Assembly (NCBI GenBank): GCA_039794005.1
Contig: JBAMMA010000012.1
Span: forward strand, 61,002 to 98,630
Origin: Thermoplasmata archaeon
GTDB lineage: Archaea; Thermoplasmatota; Thermoplasmata; Thermoplasmatales; ARK-15
Direction of reading: 5' to 3'
DNA: 37,629 bases
The position numbers were made by a program, and so were the translations under genes. Positions 1 through 10,183 of the stretch are shown in pieces; positions within the stretch are counted from its first letter, which is position 1, and every line of letters begins with the position of its first letter. The notes beneath the pieces were generated by a model. It worked only from the letters and a program-made list of their open reading frames with translations, was not told where the DNA came from and did not search any database.

Positions 1-204
1 CATAAAGAATTTTTAAAAAATAATCAAATTTAACTATACATCAAAAAGATGTACAAAATAATTTGTCTAATTAAATATATTGTGTTTTCCTATTAATTTT
101 CTGAAAATAAAAAATTAGGATATCATAATACGGAATGAGACAAATTGGGATTTAGATTGTTCATAAATGTAATTAAAATTCAATAATAAAAAATCTTTAT
201 GAAA

Positions 205-1380
205 TTAATAGTATTTAATTTTAAAAGATTTTCTAAAATTGATCACTTTATCTTTTATATTTTTGTTTAAAGATTCCAACATAAGCTCTCCCAATTTTAT
301 AACATCATTTTCTACCATTCCTAACCTTGTAATTTCATTTGTTCCCAATCTTCCAACGCAATCTGTAATGATGTATGATCGTATGAATCTTTCACAATTT
401 GAAGGATCTTTTAAAAATATTTGATGGGATTCTGTTATTTTTCCCTCAAATTTTTTAACCAAATTGTATTCATCAAGATATTTTCCCAGGGTTAGTGAAT
501 TTTTTAAAATATTTTCAGCATATTCATACCTAAAGATATGGAATTCCTCCAAGGCCTGAACCAAAGCAGCAACCCTGTTCAAGTGATAATTGTCCATTGT
601 TTTCCATACTATATTCTTCTCAATATTTTCATACAGTTCATCATTATTTGTTAATATTATACCCCCTTGAGGGCCGAATAGAGATTTATGCGTTGATCCA
701 TATAGCAGATCAACATATTTCATCAAATCGCTTTGAAATTTATTTGCACCTATTAATCCCATGACATGGGAGGCATCATATAGAATGTACGAATTATTTA
801 TATCCGCTATATCCCTAATATATTTTAAATCGTATGAAAACAGTATATAGCTGGCCCCCAAAATGATGGACTTAGGTTTAATTCTTTTTGCCTCCCTCTC
901 AAGATTTTCATAATCAATATCCCACCTGTGAGAATTGAATGGAATTTCATAATAATTTAAATTTAATAAATCCGGTAAATATCCATTTGAATATCCATCA
1001 TAACCACCATTTTCGGGTGAAATTGCAAGGTATGAATCCTTTTTATTCATAACTGAAATCATCGAAATCATGGCAGATATATGGCCAGATAGTGGTCTTA
1101 TTTCTGCATTTTTTACTTCAAATATCTTTTTTGCCAGGTTTGTTCCAAACTCCAAAATTTCTTCAAAATATTCTTCTCCTCCATATGCATTTTTTACAAA
1201 ATACCCATGTATATAATCATTGACCTTTAATGAGTATCTTCCAGCCAAATCCGATGACAATATTTTTAAAACGTTTGGTGATAATATATTTTCGCTTGGT
1301 AATAAATTTATTGTTGATCTTCTAAAATTATTATGTTTTTTTACTAAGTTAATTGTGAAATAATTTTTATGATTATACAT
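205..1380 (-). CDS. glyA: Serine hydroxymethyltransferase (archaeal type)
   Basis: LLPSEN motif, YGG, PLSG, YDASHVMGLI, PLP-lysine motif STHKSLFGPQGG, SHQ and RLGT motifs. Confidence 0.9.
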   Translation of the reverse strand: MYNHKNYFTINLVKKHNNFRRSTINLLPSENILSPNVLKILSSDLAGRYSLKVNDYIHGYFVKNAYGGEEYFEEILEFGTNLAKKIFEVKNAEIRPLSGHISAMISMISVMNKKDSYLAISPENGGYDGYSNGYLPDLLNLNYYEIPFNSHRWDIDYENLEREAKRIKPKSIILGASYILFSYDLKYIRDIADINNSYILYDASHVMGLIGANKFQSDLMKYVDLLYGSTHKSLFGPQGGIILTNNDELYENIEKNIVWKTMDNYHLNRVAALVQALEEFHIFRYEYAENILKNSLTLGKYLDEYNLVKKFEGKITESHQIFLKDPSNCERFIRSYIITDCVGRLGTNEITRLGMVENDVIKLGELMLESLNKNIKDKVINFRKSFKIKYY

Positions 1381-1534
1381 TAGAAAATCTATCTTCCAAT
1401 TCAGAATTTAGATGATCTAACAACTCCTCAATATCTTCGCTTTCAATTGTCCTTGTATCACCATCAGGCATTATTATTTTCGCTATATACATTTCACCAT
1501 CTTTAACAATTTCAACATCAAACAATTTCTTCAT
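1373..1534 (-). CDS. Small acidic hypothetical protein, 53 aa (not in ORF track)
   Basis: Hand translation MKKLFDVEIVKDGEMYIAKIIMPDGDTRTIESEDIEELLDHLNSELEDRFSNV*; GGTGG RBS upstream; stop overlaps the glyA start (ATGTATAA). Confidence 0.8.
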   Translation of the reverse strand: MKKLFDVEIVKDGEMYIAKIIMPDGDTRTIESEDIEELLDHLNSELEDRFSNV

Positions 1535-1555
1535 ATTTACCACCAAATAAATTTA

Positions 1556-1574
1556 AAAGGGGAAAATCCCCTTT
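1556..1574 (-). terminator. Hairpin plus T-rich tail at the alba stop
   Basis: Perfect 8-bp inverted repeat AAAGGGGA-AAA-TCCCCTTT overlapping the alba stop, followed by TAAATTTATTT on the minus strand. Confidence 0.55.
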
Positions 1575-1860
1575 ATCTCTTAAGGGTTATTTCAATAGAA
1601 GATACATTGCTCTCCTTTCCATCATCTGTTTTTATTTTTTCTGTGTTCAATGCCACTGAGTAGTTTATGTTCAGGTTGCTCAAAAACCTATTTCTGACGA
1701 CCTCCTCTACATCAACAGCCTTTTTAATGGCCTTTCCCCTTGCTTTCAAAACTACGCTTTTTGCTCCATTGTTAAATTGGGTCACCACTGCTATAACATA
1801 GTTCATTGTTGGCTTCTTCCCTATAAATACCACGTTTTCTTCTGTTTTATTCTCTGTCAT
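1573..1860 (-). CDS. albA: DNA/RNA-binding chromatin protein Alba
   Basis: VFIGKKPTMNYVIAV, LKARGKAIKKAVDV and VSSIEITL motifs; GGAGG RBS. Confidence 0.95.
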   Translation of the reverse strand: MTENKTEENVVFIGKKPTMNYVIAVVTQFNNGAKSVVLKARGKAIKKAVDVEEVVRNRFLSNLNINYSVALNTEKIKTDDGKESNVSSIEITLKR

Positions 1861-1954
1861 AATTAGACCTCCTTTGTATTATGCGCTATAATTTCTTATT
1901 ATATATATTTTTTCAGTTTAAACCATTTTTTATTTATATAAAAAATAAAAATTA

Positions 1955-1988
1955 CAAAGTTTTAAATTTATGATATCTTTTATAGGAG
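1955..1988 (+). promoter_or_regulatory. BRE/TATA promoter and RBS of the por operon
   Basis: AAAG-TTTTAAAT about 30 nt upstream of the ATG; AGGAG at 1984-1988. Confidence 0.5.
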
Positions 1989-1991
1989 AAT

Positions 1992-2543
1992 ATGTTTGAA
2001 ATTAGATTTCATGGAAGGGGAGGACAAGGTGCAGTTACTGCTGCAAATATCTTAGCAACAGCTGCATTCTATGAAGGAAATGACGTGCAATCCTTTCCAT
2101 TTTTTGGTGTAGAAAGAAGAGGAGCTCCTGTGGAAGCATATACCAGGATAGACAATAAAAAAATAGACATAAAAATGTATGTATACAACCCAGATGCGGT
2201 TGTAGTTCTCGATACATCTCTGTTGAAGGATATTGATGTAACAAAAGGATTAAAGAAAGGAGGGTACTTAATTCTGAATACCCAGAAAAGGCCTGATGAG
2301 TTTAATTATAAAGATTTCAAAATTGCAGTTGTGGACGCAACTGCGGTGGCTGTTGAATATGGCCTTGGATCAAAATCTTCCCCTATAGTAAATACCGCAA
2401 TATTGGGAGCATATGCAAAGGCTGTAGGTAATGTTAAAATAGACTCCATTTTAAAAGCGATAAAGGAAACTGCTCCCGCCAAGGCTGAAGAAAATGCTAA
2501 CGCTGCATATGAATCATATAAAAGGACCATTTTGGGGTGGTAA
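1992..2543 (+). CDS. porG: Pyruvate/2-oxoacid:ferredoxin oxidoreductase gamma subunit
   Basis: [29 protein letters not shown] and NTAILGA motifs. Confidence 0.92.
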   Translation: MFEIRFHGRGGQGAVTAANILATAAFYEGNDVQSFPFFGVERRGAPVEAYTRIDNKKIDIKMYVYNPDAVVVLDTSLLKDIDVTKGLKKGGYLILNTQKRPDEFNYKDFKIAVVDATAVAVEYGLGSKSSPIVNTAILGAYAKAVGNVKIDSILKAIKETAPAKAEENANAAYESYKRTILGW

Positions 2544-2546
2544 TTA

Positions 2547-2849
2547 ATGAAAATAACAAGAGGTGTTGTAATTACGGAGCCTGGTAGTACTGCTCTTGAA
2601 GAAACAGGTTCATGGAGAACATTCAGACCTGAAATTAGGTATGAAAAGTGCATTAGATGCATGATATGTTGGAATTTCTGCCCTGAACCAGCTATAGAAA
2701 AACATCCCGGTGAAAATTACCCGGCAGCAAATCCAAAATTGATAAAAATGGAAGTGCCTGTGATTAATTATAAATATTGCAAGGGTTGTGGAATATGCGT
2801 CAATGAATGCCCAACAAAGGCCATTGATTTTGTCAGGGAGGAGAAATAA
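2547..2849 (+). CDS. porD: Pyruvate/2-oxoacid:ferredoxin oxidoreductase delta subunit (2x4Fe-4S)
   Basis: TGSWRTFRP, CIRCMICWNFCP and YCKGCGICVNECP. Confidence 0.92.
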   Translation: MKITRGVVITEPGSTALEETGSWRTFRPEIRYEKCIRCMICWNFCPEPAIEKHPGENYPAANPKLIKMEVPVINYKYCKGCGICVNECPTKAIDFVREEK

Positions 2850-2850
2850 C

Positions 2851-4050
2851 ATGGTAATGATGATGTTGAAGGGAAATGAGGCCACCGCTTATGCCGCAAA
2901 GATAGCAAAGGTTCAGGTAATCCCCGCATACCCGATAACTCCATCTACCTTATTTCCCGAAAAGGTATCTGAATTAATTGCGAATGGTGAGATGAAAGCA
3001 GAATTCATTCCCGTTGAGAGTGAGCATTCAGCCTTATCTGCAGCAATAGGCGCTGCAGCAACTGGTGCAAGGACAATGACCGCGACTGCAAGTCAAGGGT
3101 TAGCTTTAATGCATGAAGTATTATTTATTGCCAGCGGTATGAGACTGCCAATAGTCATGGCTATTGGAAACAGGGCCCTTTCAGCACCTGTAAATATCTG
3201 GGGCGACCAGCAAGATACAATAGCACAGAGGGATTCTGGATGGTTGCAATTTTATGCTGAAAACAATCAAGAAGCTCTTGATTTAACCCTGATTGCCTTT
3301 AGGGTGGCTGAAGATGAAAGGGTTCTATTACCAGCCATGATGGGAATGGATGCGTTTGTTTTAACACACACCATGGAGCCTGTGGATGTTCCAGATGATA
3401 AATTAGTTGAAAAGTTTCTTGGTCCGCCAAAACCTAAATATCCAATATTGGACCCAACAAAACCGGCAACATTTGGAGCATTTGTATTCCCAGAACATTA
3501 TATGGAATTTAGATATTCACAGTTTGTGGCCATGGAACATTCAAAAAATGTAATTGATGAGGCATGCAGGGAATTCAAGGAATTATTTGGAAGGGAATAT
3601 AAAAAAGTTACAGGATTTATGAACGAAGATGCTGAAATATTACTGGTAACAATGGGTTCAATGACGGGTACTGCAAGAGAGGCGGTAAGAAAATTAAGAG
3701 AAAAAGGAGAAAAGGTTGGTTTAATAAAGTTGACGGTTTTCAGGCCATTTCCAAAGGAAGAATTAATTGAAATAACAAAAAATGCAAAAGTAATTGCAGT
3801 TGTTGACAGGAATGTATCAGTGGGATTTGCAGGAGTTATATTTACTGAATTGGTAGCTTCTTATAACAATGTAAAGGAAAAGCCAAAGATACTAGATTTT
3901 ATATTAGGTCTTGGTGGAAGAGACATCAGGCTAGAAGATTATTATGAAATATATAACAAGGCAAAGGAATCCTTGAATAAGGAGGTTAAAGAAATAAACT
4001 GGATAAATGTTGATGAAGAAGCGGTATTTGAAGTGGAGGGTCAACCATGA
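2851..4050 (+). CDS. porA: Pyruvate/2-oxoacid:ferredoxin oxidoreductase alpha subunit
   Basis: GNEA, AYPITP, ESEHSA, TASQGL, NRALSAP and FRPFP motifs; start moved to ATG 2851 just after the porD stop (GGAG upstream). Confidence 0.92.
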   Translation: MVMMMLKGNEATAYAAKIAKVQVIPAYPITPSTLFPEKVSELIANGEMKAEFIPVESEHSALSAAIGAAATGARTMTATASQGLALMHEVLFIASGMRLPIVMAIGNRALSAPVNIWGDQQDTIAQRDSGWLQFYAENNQEALDLTLIAFRVAEDERVLLPAMMGMDAFVLTHTMEPVDVPDDKLVEKFLGPPKPKYPILDPTKPATFGAFVFPEHYMEFRYSQFVAMEHSKNVIDEACREFKELFGREYKKVTGFMNEDAEILLVTMGSMTGTAREAVRKLREKGEKVGLIKLTVFRPFPKEELIEITKNAKVIAVVDRNVSVGFAGVIFTELVASYNNVKEKPKILDFILGLGGRDIRLEDYYEIYNKAKESLNKEVKEINWINVDEEAVFEVEGQP

Positions 4051-4940
4051 ATTTTGAAAATCAGGAATTTTTTGCACCGGGGCATAGGGCCTGCGCTGGA
4101 TGTGCTGCCCCCATCATAGTAAAATGGGTATTAAAGTTGGCTGGTCCAAATACAATAGTTGTTAATGCAACAGGTTGTCTGGAAGTATTTTCAACTCCTT
4201 ATCCTCATACATCATGGAGAGTACCATGGATTCATGTTGCATTTGAAAATTCCAGTGCTGTGGCAAGTGGTATTGATGCAGCTTTAAAGGCCCAGGGAAA
4301 AAGAGAAGGTGTTAATATTATAGTATTTGGAGGAGATGGCGGTACATCTGATATCGGATTACAGAGCCTTAGCGGTATGGCAGAAAGAGGACATGACATT
4401 TTGTATGTCATGTACGACAATGAAGCATATATGAATACTGGAATTCAAAGATCATCATCCACACCGTTCGGTGCCTGGACAACAACATCACAGGTTGGAC
4501 CATTCAACATTCTTGGAAAAAATGAATTTAAGAAACCAATCGCAGAGATAATGGCCGCACATAAGATACCATATGTTGCGACGGTAAATCCTGCCTTTTT
4601 GCCCGATATGAAAATGAAAATAACGAAAGCATTAGGGATAAAAGGGCCAAAGTTCATACATGCAATTTCAAGTTGTACAACAGGTTGGAGACATGACCCA
4701 TCTAAAACAATAGAAATTATGAGATTGGCAACAGAAACTGGAATCTTTCCTTTATGGGAAATAGAAAATGGAGACTTTTCAAAAATGAGATTAACATATA
4801 TACCAAAACAAAGGAAGCCGGTGGAAGAATACTTTAAGCCACAGGGAAGGTTCAGGCATCTCTTTCAAGATCCTGAAAAAATCAAGGAAATACAAAAAAT
4901 GGTAGATGAATGGTGGGCAAAATTTGAAAATAAAAATTAA
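4047..4940 (+). CDS. porB: Pyruvate/2-oxoacid:ferredoxin oxidoreductase beta subunit (TPP-binding)
   Basis: GHRACAGC, NATGC, TPP motif GGDGG...DNEAYMNTGIQRS; ATGA overlap with porA. Confidence 0.92.
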   Translation: MNFENQEFFAPGHRACAGCAAPIIVKWVLKLAGPNTIVVNATGCLEVFSTPYPHTSWRVPWIHVAFENSSAVASGIDAALKAQGKREGVNIIVFGGDGGTSDIGLQSLSGMAERGHDILYVMYDNEAYMNTGIQRSSSTPFGAWTTTSQVGPFNILGKNEFKKPIAEIMAAHKIPYVATVNPAFLPDMKMKITKALGIKGPKFIHAISSCTTGWRHDPSKTIEIMRLATETGIFPLWEIENGDFSKMRLTYIPKQRKPVEEYFKPQGRFRHLFQDPEKIKEIQKMVDEWWAKFENKN

Positions 4941-4958
4941 ATTTTTAAAATATTTTAT

Positions 4959-5525
4959 TTAGAAATTAAATTGATACTGGTATAATGGTTGTCCATTGTA
5001 TATAATTTGTACTTCCCACTGATCCAAAATGCTTGTTTTCAATGGTTGAACAACTTTGCCCGTTGCTGCATAGAATCCAATGTCTAATGCATCTCCTGTA
5101 TCCAGCTTACCATTCAGGTTATTGTCGTAGATATTTATGTATGCTGTTGCATAAGGTGTAACACCGGTTAACATGAAAGGAATGATATATCCGGCTTTTC
5201 CCTTTGGTGGGCCAGTCATGTTAACATTGTTTATTATTATGGAATAAAGAAGTTGACCATTTGTTTTATTTACTACTTGAACGATGAAAGGAACATTGAC
5301 TGAACCCTGTGTAACCGAGAAATTGGCCCAGATCCATGCCATGTTAGGTGCATAATTTGTTGATTCTGAAAGTAAAAGAGACGAAGGTTTATTTGGATTT
5401 GAAGAGAAGAAACCTGATATATATGTAAATACAGCAGCTGCTGCAACCACTGTTATTGCTACCATTAAGATTGTACCAATTACTGCACTTACACCTTGCT
5501 CCTTCCTTCTGTATATTATTTTCAT
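4959..5525 (-). CDS. Archaeal type IV pilin-like protein (class III signal peptide, DUF1628-like)
   Basis: Basic N-region RRKEQG followed by VSAVIGTILMVAITVVAAAAVF; late D-x-N-x-NGKLDTGD motif. Confidence 0.85.
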   Translation of the reverse strand: MKIIYRRKEQGVSAVIGTILMVAITVVAAAAVFTYISGFFSSNPNKPSSLLLSESTNYAPNMAWIWANFSVTQGSVNVPFIVQVVNKTNGQLLYSIIINNVNMTGPPKGKAGYIIPFMLTGVTPYATAYINIYDNNLNGKLDTGDALDIGFYAATGKVVQPLKTSILDQWEVQIIYNGQPLYQYQFNF

Positions 5526-5842
5526 AATTTAATTTATCATAATAATTATTTATAAATTTTTCTACACAATTTTTTAAAATAACAATACAAAAAGTTAATT
5601 ATATTAATTTCATTTTAAATTTTAAAATTAAAATGATAGCATTAAAATCTAAAACCTTGGATCACTTTACGTTAATCTTATATACAAATATTAAAAATTG
5701 TAATAAAGTGATAGGGTTATGAATATTATTAAGGGGAATCAAAAATCGCATAGAAAAATCACAGTTAATAAAAATGTAATGAATAATTTCGAATTATATA
5801 AAATTATTAATAATTTAAAGAATCAATCAGGGGTTAATAAAA

Positions 5843-6943
5843 ATGGTAACTTTAATCTTAAATGTGGATAGAGATAATGACTTTGGAAGAAAAGCAGGCA
5901 TTACAGGTCCTATTATAGGAAAGGAAAAAAATTTAGAGGCAGCAATTAAAATGGCTCTAGCGGATCCGGAAGATTCGGATGCAAATGCACTATTCTCGGC
6001 AATATCGATATATGAAAAATTAAAGAAAGAAAATCAGGATGTTGAAATTGTAACAATAACAGGGGATGAAGATGTGGGATTAAAAAGTGATGAAATAATA
6101 AACAAGCAATTTAATGAAATATATAATAAGATAAAGGTAGATGATGTAATCCTGATAAGCGACGGTGAAGAAGATGAATATATTATACCGATAATAAGTT
6201 CATATGCACCAATTAAACATGTTCATAGAGTTATTGTCAGGCAGAGCCGTAATTTAGAATCAACGTATTATATAATTGTAAAGGCATTAAAAGAGAAGGA
6301 TTTAATGAGAAAAATATTGGTTCCCATAGGATTAATTTTTATTGCATATAGCGTAGCAGTATACTTCATTATGTTCATAAGGACTTATCTACCTCTATTT
6401 TTAGTTATTGACCCTAACACATTTGCAATATCATTTGTTCTATTAACATTAGGATTATATCTAATTTTGAAAGGTTACAGTGCAGGTACAAAAATCAAAA
6501 ATTTCTATTCCATAATGAGGGAGGCATTTGGAGAGGCAAAGATATCTATAACTTTCTATCTAATATCTATAATTCTATCCATATTTGGTTTATTATATGA
6601 AATTGAAATTACAAGTAATGTAAGCAATATAATATATAGAATTCTTTACATTATTGAAGGCATGATTTTATTCATAATGATATCCGGTATAATAAAAGAA
6701 TTGGGGAACCACATTGAAGTTTATATTCATACAAATAAATTAAACCCATTTTTCTGGACGGGCATTTTAATGTTAAGTGGCATATCTTTCATGCTATATG
6801 GATTTATGGAATATTTCATGATAATGTACAATATAGTAAACAAAAATTCAACAGAGATTTCAATATTCTTTATAATTCTTGGATTTTTAATAGCCATATT
6901 TACATCAATTTCAAGAAGGATTCTCATCAAGGAGAGTGAATGA
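5843..6943 (+). CDS. DUF373 family archaeal membrane protein
   Basis: LNVDRDNDFGRK, DPEDSDAN, SDGEEDE and VIVRQS motifs, then several TM helices. Confidence 0.85.
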   Translation: MVTLILNVDRDNDFGRKAGITGPIIGKEKNLEAAIKMALADPEDSDANALFSAISIYEKLKKENQDVEIVTITGDEDVGLKSDEIINKQFNEIYNKIKVDDVILISDGEEDEYIIPIISSYAPIKHVHRVIVRQSRNLESTYYIIVKALKEKDLMRKILVPIGLIFIAYSVAVYFIMFIRTYLPLFLVIDPNTFAISFVLLTLGLYLILKGYSAGTKIKNFYSIMREAFGEAKISITFYLISIILSIFGLLYEIEITSNVSNIIYRILYIIEGMILFIMISGIIKELGNHIEVYIHTNKLNPFFWTGILMLSGISFMLYGFMEYFMIMYNIVNKNSTEISIFFIILGFLIAIFTSISRRILIKESE

Positions 6944-7596
6944 TGAATTTCAATGAATGGTACCCCTATTATAAATATATCAAAAAAATTTTAAATATTA
7001 ACGAATCAAATGATAGAAAATCTACAATATATATCTCTACCCTGATAAAAGATGCATTTTTTGATCCCGAAATATTGAGAGATGAGATTAAAAACCAGGA
7101 TGTTGCAATAATCGGTGATTCACCATTCTCCTTTGATATAAATTCAGTTAAAGAAAAATATATAATAGCTGCAGATGATGCATCAAAAAATTTTTTATTC
7201 TCTAAAATTAAGCCGGAATTAATATTTACAGATCTTGATACTGAAGAATGGATATTGGATTATTTTAATGAAAAAGGTACAGTATTTTCAGTACATGCAC
7301 ATGGAGATAATATGGATAAATTGTATATCGTAAATAAACTTAAAAAAAGGTTTGCCACAACACAGGTAATGCCATTGTACAATGTCTTTAACTATGGTGG
7401 TTTTACGGATGGTGATAGGGCTATATTTTTTGCACATCACATGGGGGCGAAGAGAATATTCCTTTACGGATTCAATTTCTATTATCCAAATCAACATAAA
7501 AACAAGATATTCGAAAGAAAAATGGCTAAATTACAAATTTCGAGGATGCTGATAAATTTATTAATTAAAAAATATAATGCAAAAATAATATATTAA
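6940..7596 (+). CDS. mptE: 6-hydroxymethyl-7,8-dihydropterin pyrophosphokinase (MptE/DUF115)
   Basis: W.PYY, IAADDA, TDLD, VHAHGDN, TTQ and NYGGFTDGDRA motifs. Confidence 0.85.
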   Translation: MMNFNEWYPYYKYIKKILNINESNDRKSTIYISTLIKDAFFDPEILRDEIKNQDVAIIGDSPFSFDINSVKEKYIIAADDASKNFLFSKIKPELIFTDLDTEEWILDYFNEKGTVFSVHAHGDNMDKLYIVNKLKKRFATTQVMPLYNVFNYGGFTDGDRAIFFAHHMGAKRIFLYGFNFYYPNQHKNKIFERKMAKLQISRMLINLLIKKYNAKIIY

Positions 7597-7634
7597 ACAG
7601 AAAATTAATTATATCAATTTTCTATATTTTTTTC

Positions 7635-8672
7635 ATGGCATATGAAATTCTTTATCCCGAATATGGTGGAAATAGCATATACAATCTATCACAGACAATC
7701 TTAGAAAATTATGGAGTTAAATCTAGAAGGACAATGGATGATATTAATCTTAAAAAAAGGAATCTAATAATAATTTTGGATGCATTTGGTTATAACATAT
7801 TTGAAAAAATAGCTAAAGAAGTTAAACATAGAAAAATAACATCAGTATTTCCAACAACAACATGTACAGTCATGACAACTATTACCACTGGAATGCTTCC
7901 CGGAGAACATGGAATCATTGGATTTTTGGGTTATGATGAAAGATATGGAAAGACAGTAAACCTTCTGGAGTTTTTCAATCAAGAAAAAATTGATGATAAT
8001 TCTTTGCAATGGATATTTTCAAAAATTTGGAATTTTTACATAGATGCAAATGTTGGGGTAATAATTCCTTTTTATACAATTAATGTTCCATTGGTTTACG
8101 TCCTAACAAAACCATATGAATCATATTATTATGTTGATATTTCAGATGCTTTAAATTTAGTGGATATTTTATTTGAAAAGAATAAAGATTTAATAATATT
8201 TTATGTTCCACACATTGACATTATATCACATTTTTACGGACCAAATTCATCCATTACACTAAACTCAGCAAGGGATATTTTTGAAAAAATCTTTAATTTT
8301 TCATTGAAAAGAAGAGATGAGATCGGAATAATAATCACAGCTGATCATGGCCAAATAGAAGCTGAAGGTGTCCACGATTTTGATGATGAAATATTTTCGA
8401 AAAATAAAATGCCTGTCTTAGGAGATGTTAGAATGCACATATTTAACGAAAAAATTGATTTAAGATTTGACAATTATAAAGTTCTAAGCGAAAGCGAAGC
8501 TGAAATGCTTTTGGGTAAAATACCAGAAAAATACAAAAGTTCATATTTCGGAATCTCATTGGACAAAAAATTTTATATGACACCCCTTATAGAAAAGCAA
8601 ACAAGATTTTATAAAGGCCAGCATTCATCCATTTTAAAAGAGGAGATGGAAATTCCGTTGATAAATCTTTGA
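7635..8672 (+). CDS. Alkaline phosphatase superfamily / nucleotide pyrophosphatase-like protein
   Basis: ILDAFG, SVFPTTT nucleophile motif, PGEHG, DIISH, TADHG and GQH metal-ligand motifs. Confidence 0.8.
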   Translation: MAYEILYPEYGGNSIYNLSQTILENYGVKSRRTMDDINLKKRNLIIILDAFGYNIFEKIAKEVKHRKITSVFPTTTCTVMTTITTGMLPGEHGIIGFLGYDERYGKTVNLLEFFNQEKIDDNSLQWIFSKIWNFYIDANVGVIIPFYTINVPLVYVLTKPYESYYYVDISDALNLVDILFEKNKDLIIFYVPHIDIISHFYGPNSSITLNSARDIFEKIFNFSLKRRDEIGIIITADHGQIEAEGVHDFDDEIFSKNKMPVLGDVRMHIFNEKIDLRFDNYKVLSESEAEMLLGKIPEKYKSSYFGISLDKKFYMTPLIEKQTRFYKGQHSSILKEEMEIPLINL

Positions 8673-8719
8673 ATAAATTTTTATAATCAGATTTTTTTAT
8701 ATTATTTGGTGTCCCCCCT

Positions 8720-9079
8720 ATGAATCCGCAAGATTTTGAAAAGGTAAAAGTACTGTCTGAATATCTTATAAATATTGGTTTTGATAAAAATGTTGCAAAA
8801 ACTATAGCATATTTATTTTATTATCCGGATAGAACTGCAAGGGATATAGAATTTGATATGGAAATGAGGCAACCGGAGGTATCTGTTGCTTTGCAATATT
8901 GCATGAAAAGGAATTGGACAAAAAATAAAAAAGAAAAGAGGGAAACAAAAGGAAGGCCTCTTAAAATACATAAATTGAATAAATCTTTAAATGAAATTTT
9001 GGAAGAATTTATATCTGAAAGACAGGATGGAAATATAAAATACAATGAGATTTTAGAAAAGATCAAAGAGATTTCTTAA
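8720..9079 (+). CDS. Archaeal winged-HTH (ArsR/MarR-like) transcriptional regulator
   Basis: TARDIE...MRQPEVSVAL...KGRP pattern. Confidence 0.75.
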   Translation: MNPQDFEKVKVLSEYLINIGFDKNVAKTIAYLFYYPDRTARDIEFDMEMRQPEVSVALQYCMKRNWTKNKKEKRETKGRPLKIHKLNKSLNEILEEFISERQDGNIKYNEILEKIKEIS

Positions 9080-9740
9080 TCTCCTCAACCATTAAATTTT
9101 CTTTTCCTATTATTACGATATCTGCAAGATTTTCAAATAATCCAATTTCAATTACTCCTGGAATTAATTTGATCTTATGTGCAAGTTCAACTGGATTTTC
9201 AGCATCGTTAAGATTCACATCTAATATGTAATTTCCATTGTCTGTAATGAACAATTTATCATTGGAAATTCTTTCTTTATATACTAAATTCATCTCTTTT
9301 AAATTAATTTTAATTAAATTGAGTGAAAATGGCAAAATTTCAACGGGCATGGGAAAAGAAAATATGTTCCTTTTTATTTTTGTTTCATCCACAATTATCA
9401 CTCTGAATTTAGAATTGTAAGCTAATATTTTTTCCCTTGTTAATGCTCCTCCACCGCCTTTTATCATATTTAAATTAAAATCGACAGAGTCTGCCCCATC
9501 TATGTAAATATCCAAAATTCTATCAGGTTCAGAAACATTTAGTCTATAACTTAAAAGTAAATCTCTCGTTTTGTTTGAACTTGCATAGAAAATTTTGTTT
9601 GCATATCTATCTCTATTTTTTCCTAACTCTTCTATCAAAAATTCAACAGTTGTGCCCGTTCCTATTCCTATAAATTTGTATTCATCTATGTATTCTAATC
9701 CCCTTAATGCCGCAATCCTTTTCATTTTGTTTAAGTCCAT
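9063..9740 (-). CDS. rpiA: Ribose-5-phosphate isomerase A
   Basis: GIGTGTT, DGAD, IKGGGGALTREKI, PVE, TDNGN and IPGVIEIGLF. Confidence 0.95.
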   Translation of the reverse strand: MDLNKMKRIAALRGLEYIDEYKFIGIGTGTTVEFLIEELGKNRDRYANKIFYASSNKTRDLLLSYRLNVSEPDRILDIYIDGADSVDFNLNMIKGGGGALTREKILAYNSKFRVIIVDETKIKRNIFSFPMPVEILPFSLNLIKINLKEMNLVYKERISNDKLFITDNGNYILDVNLNDAENPVELAHKIKLIPGVIEIGLFENLADIVIIGKENLMVEEIKKSL

Positions 9741-9859
9741 AAATGTTAAATTACCTTTAAGAACTTAATTTTATTTATTACAAATTGTAATAAATATTAA
9801 AATTAAGTATAGTTTATACAAAAATATTAAATATTAATTAATAATTTCAATATCGGGGT

Positions 9860-10183
9860 ATGGAGATGGTTGAAACTTCAGTACTTATAGAGGATTTGAT
9901 CGAAGAATTAAATTTGCTAGAGAGACATTTGCAAATTCTCCAGCTCCTTAACAAGGAGGGGCCTGCAGGTATTATGAAATTGTCACAAATTACGGGCATT
10001 CCACCTCATAGGGTAAGGTATTCATTGAGGATATTGGAGAATGAAAAGATGATTGTTGCCTCACCCGAGGGTGCTAAAATAATAGGGGACATCAATTCCT
10101 TTTTAGATAATCTAAAGTTCGGAATATCCCAAATAGAAAAGAGAATCGATGAAATAAAGGAATTATTAAATTCTTTTAAGTAA
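9860..10183 (+). CDS. Conserved archaeal winged-HTH protein
   Basis: LLERHLQIL...GPAGIMKLS...HRVRYSLRILE...SPEGA; function unknown. Confidence 0.7.
   Translation: MEMVETSVLIEDLIEELNLLERHLQILQLLNKEGPAGIMKLSQITGIPPHRVRYSLRILENEKMIVASPEGAKIIGDINSFLDNLKFGISQIEKRIDEIKELLNSFK

Noticed and set aside
5719-5871. 50-codon Asn/Lys-rich ORF upstream of DUF373
   Set aside because: Its composition mirrors AT-rich promoter DNA and it overlaps the DUF373 start out of frame; no support.
9063-10183. Convergent 3' overlaps (regulator/rpiA 17 bp; wHTH/purA 18 bp)
   Set aside because: Short tail-to-tail overlaps are ordinary in compact archaeal genomes.
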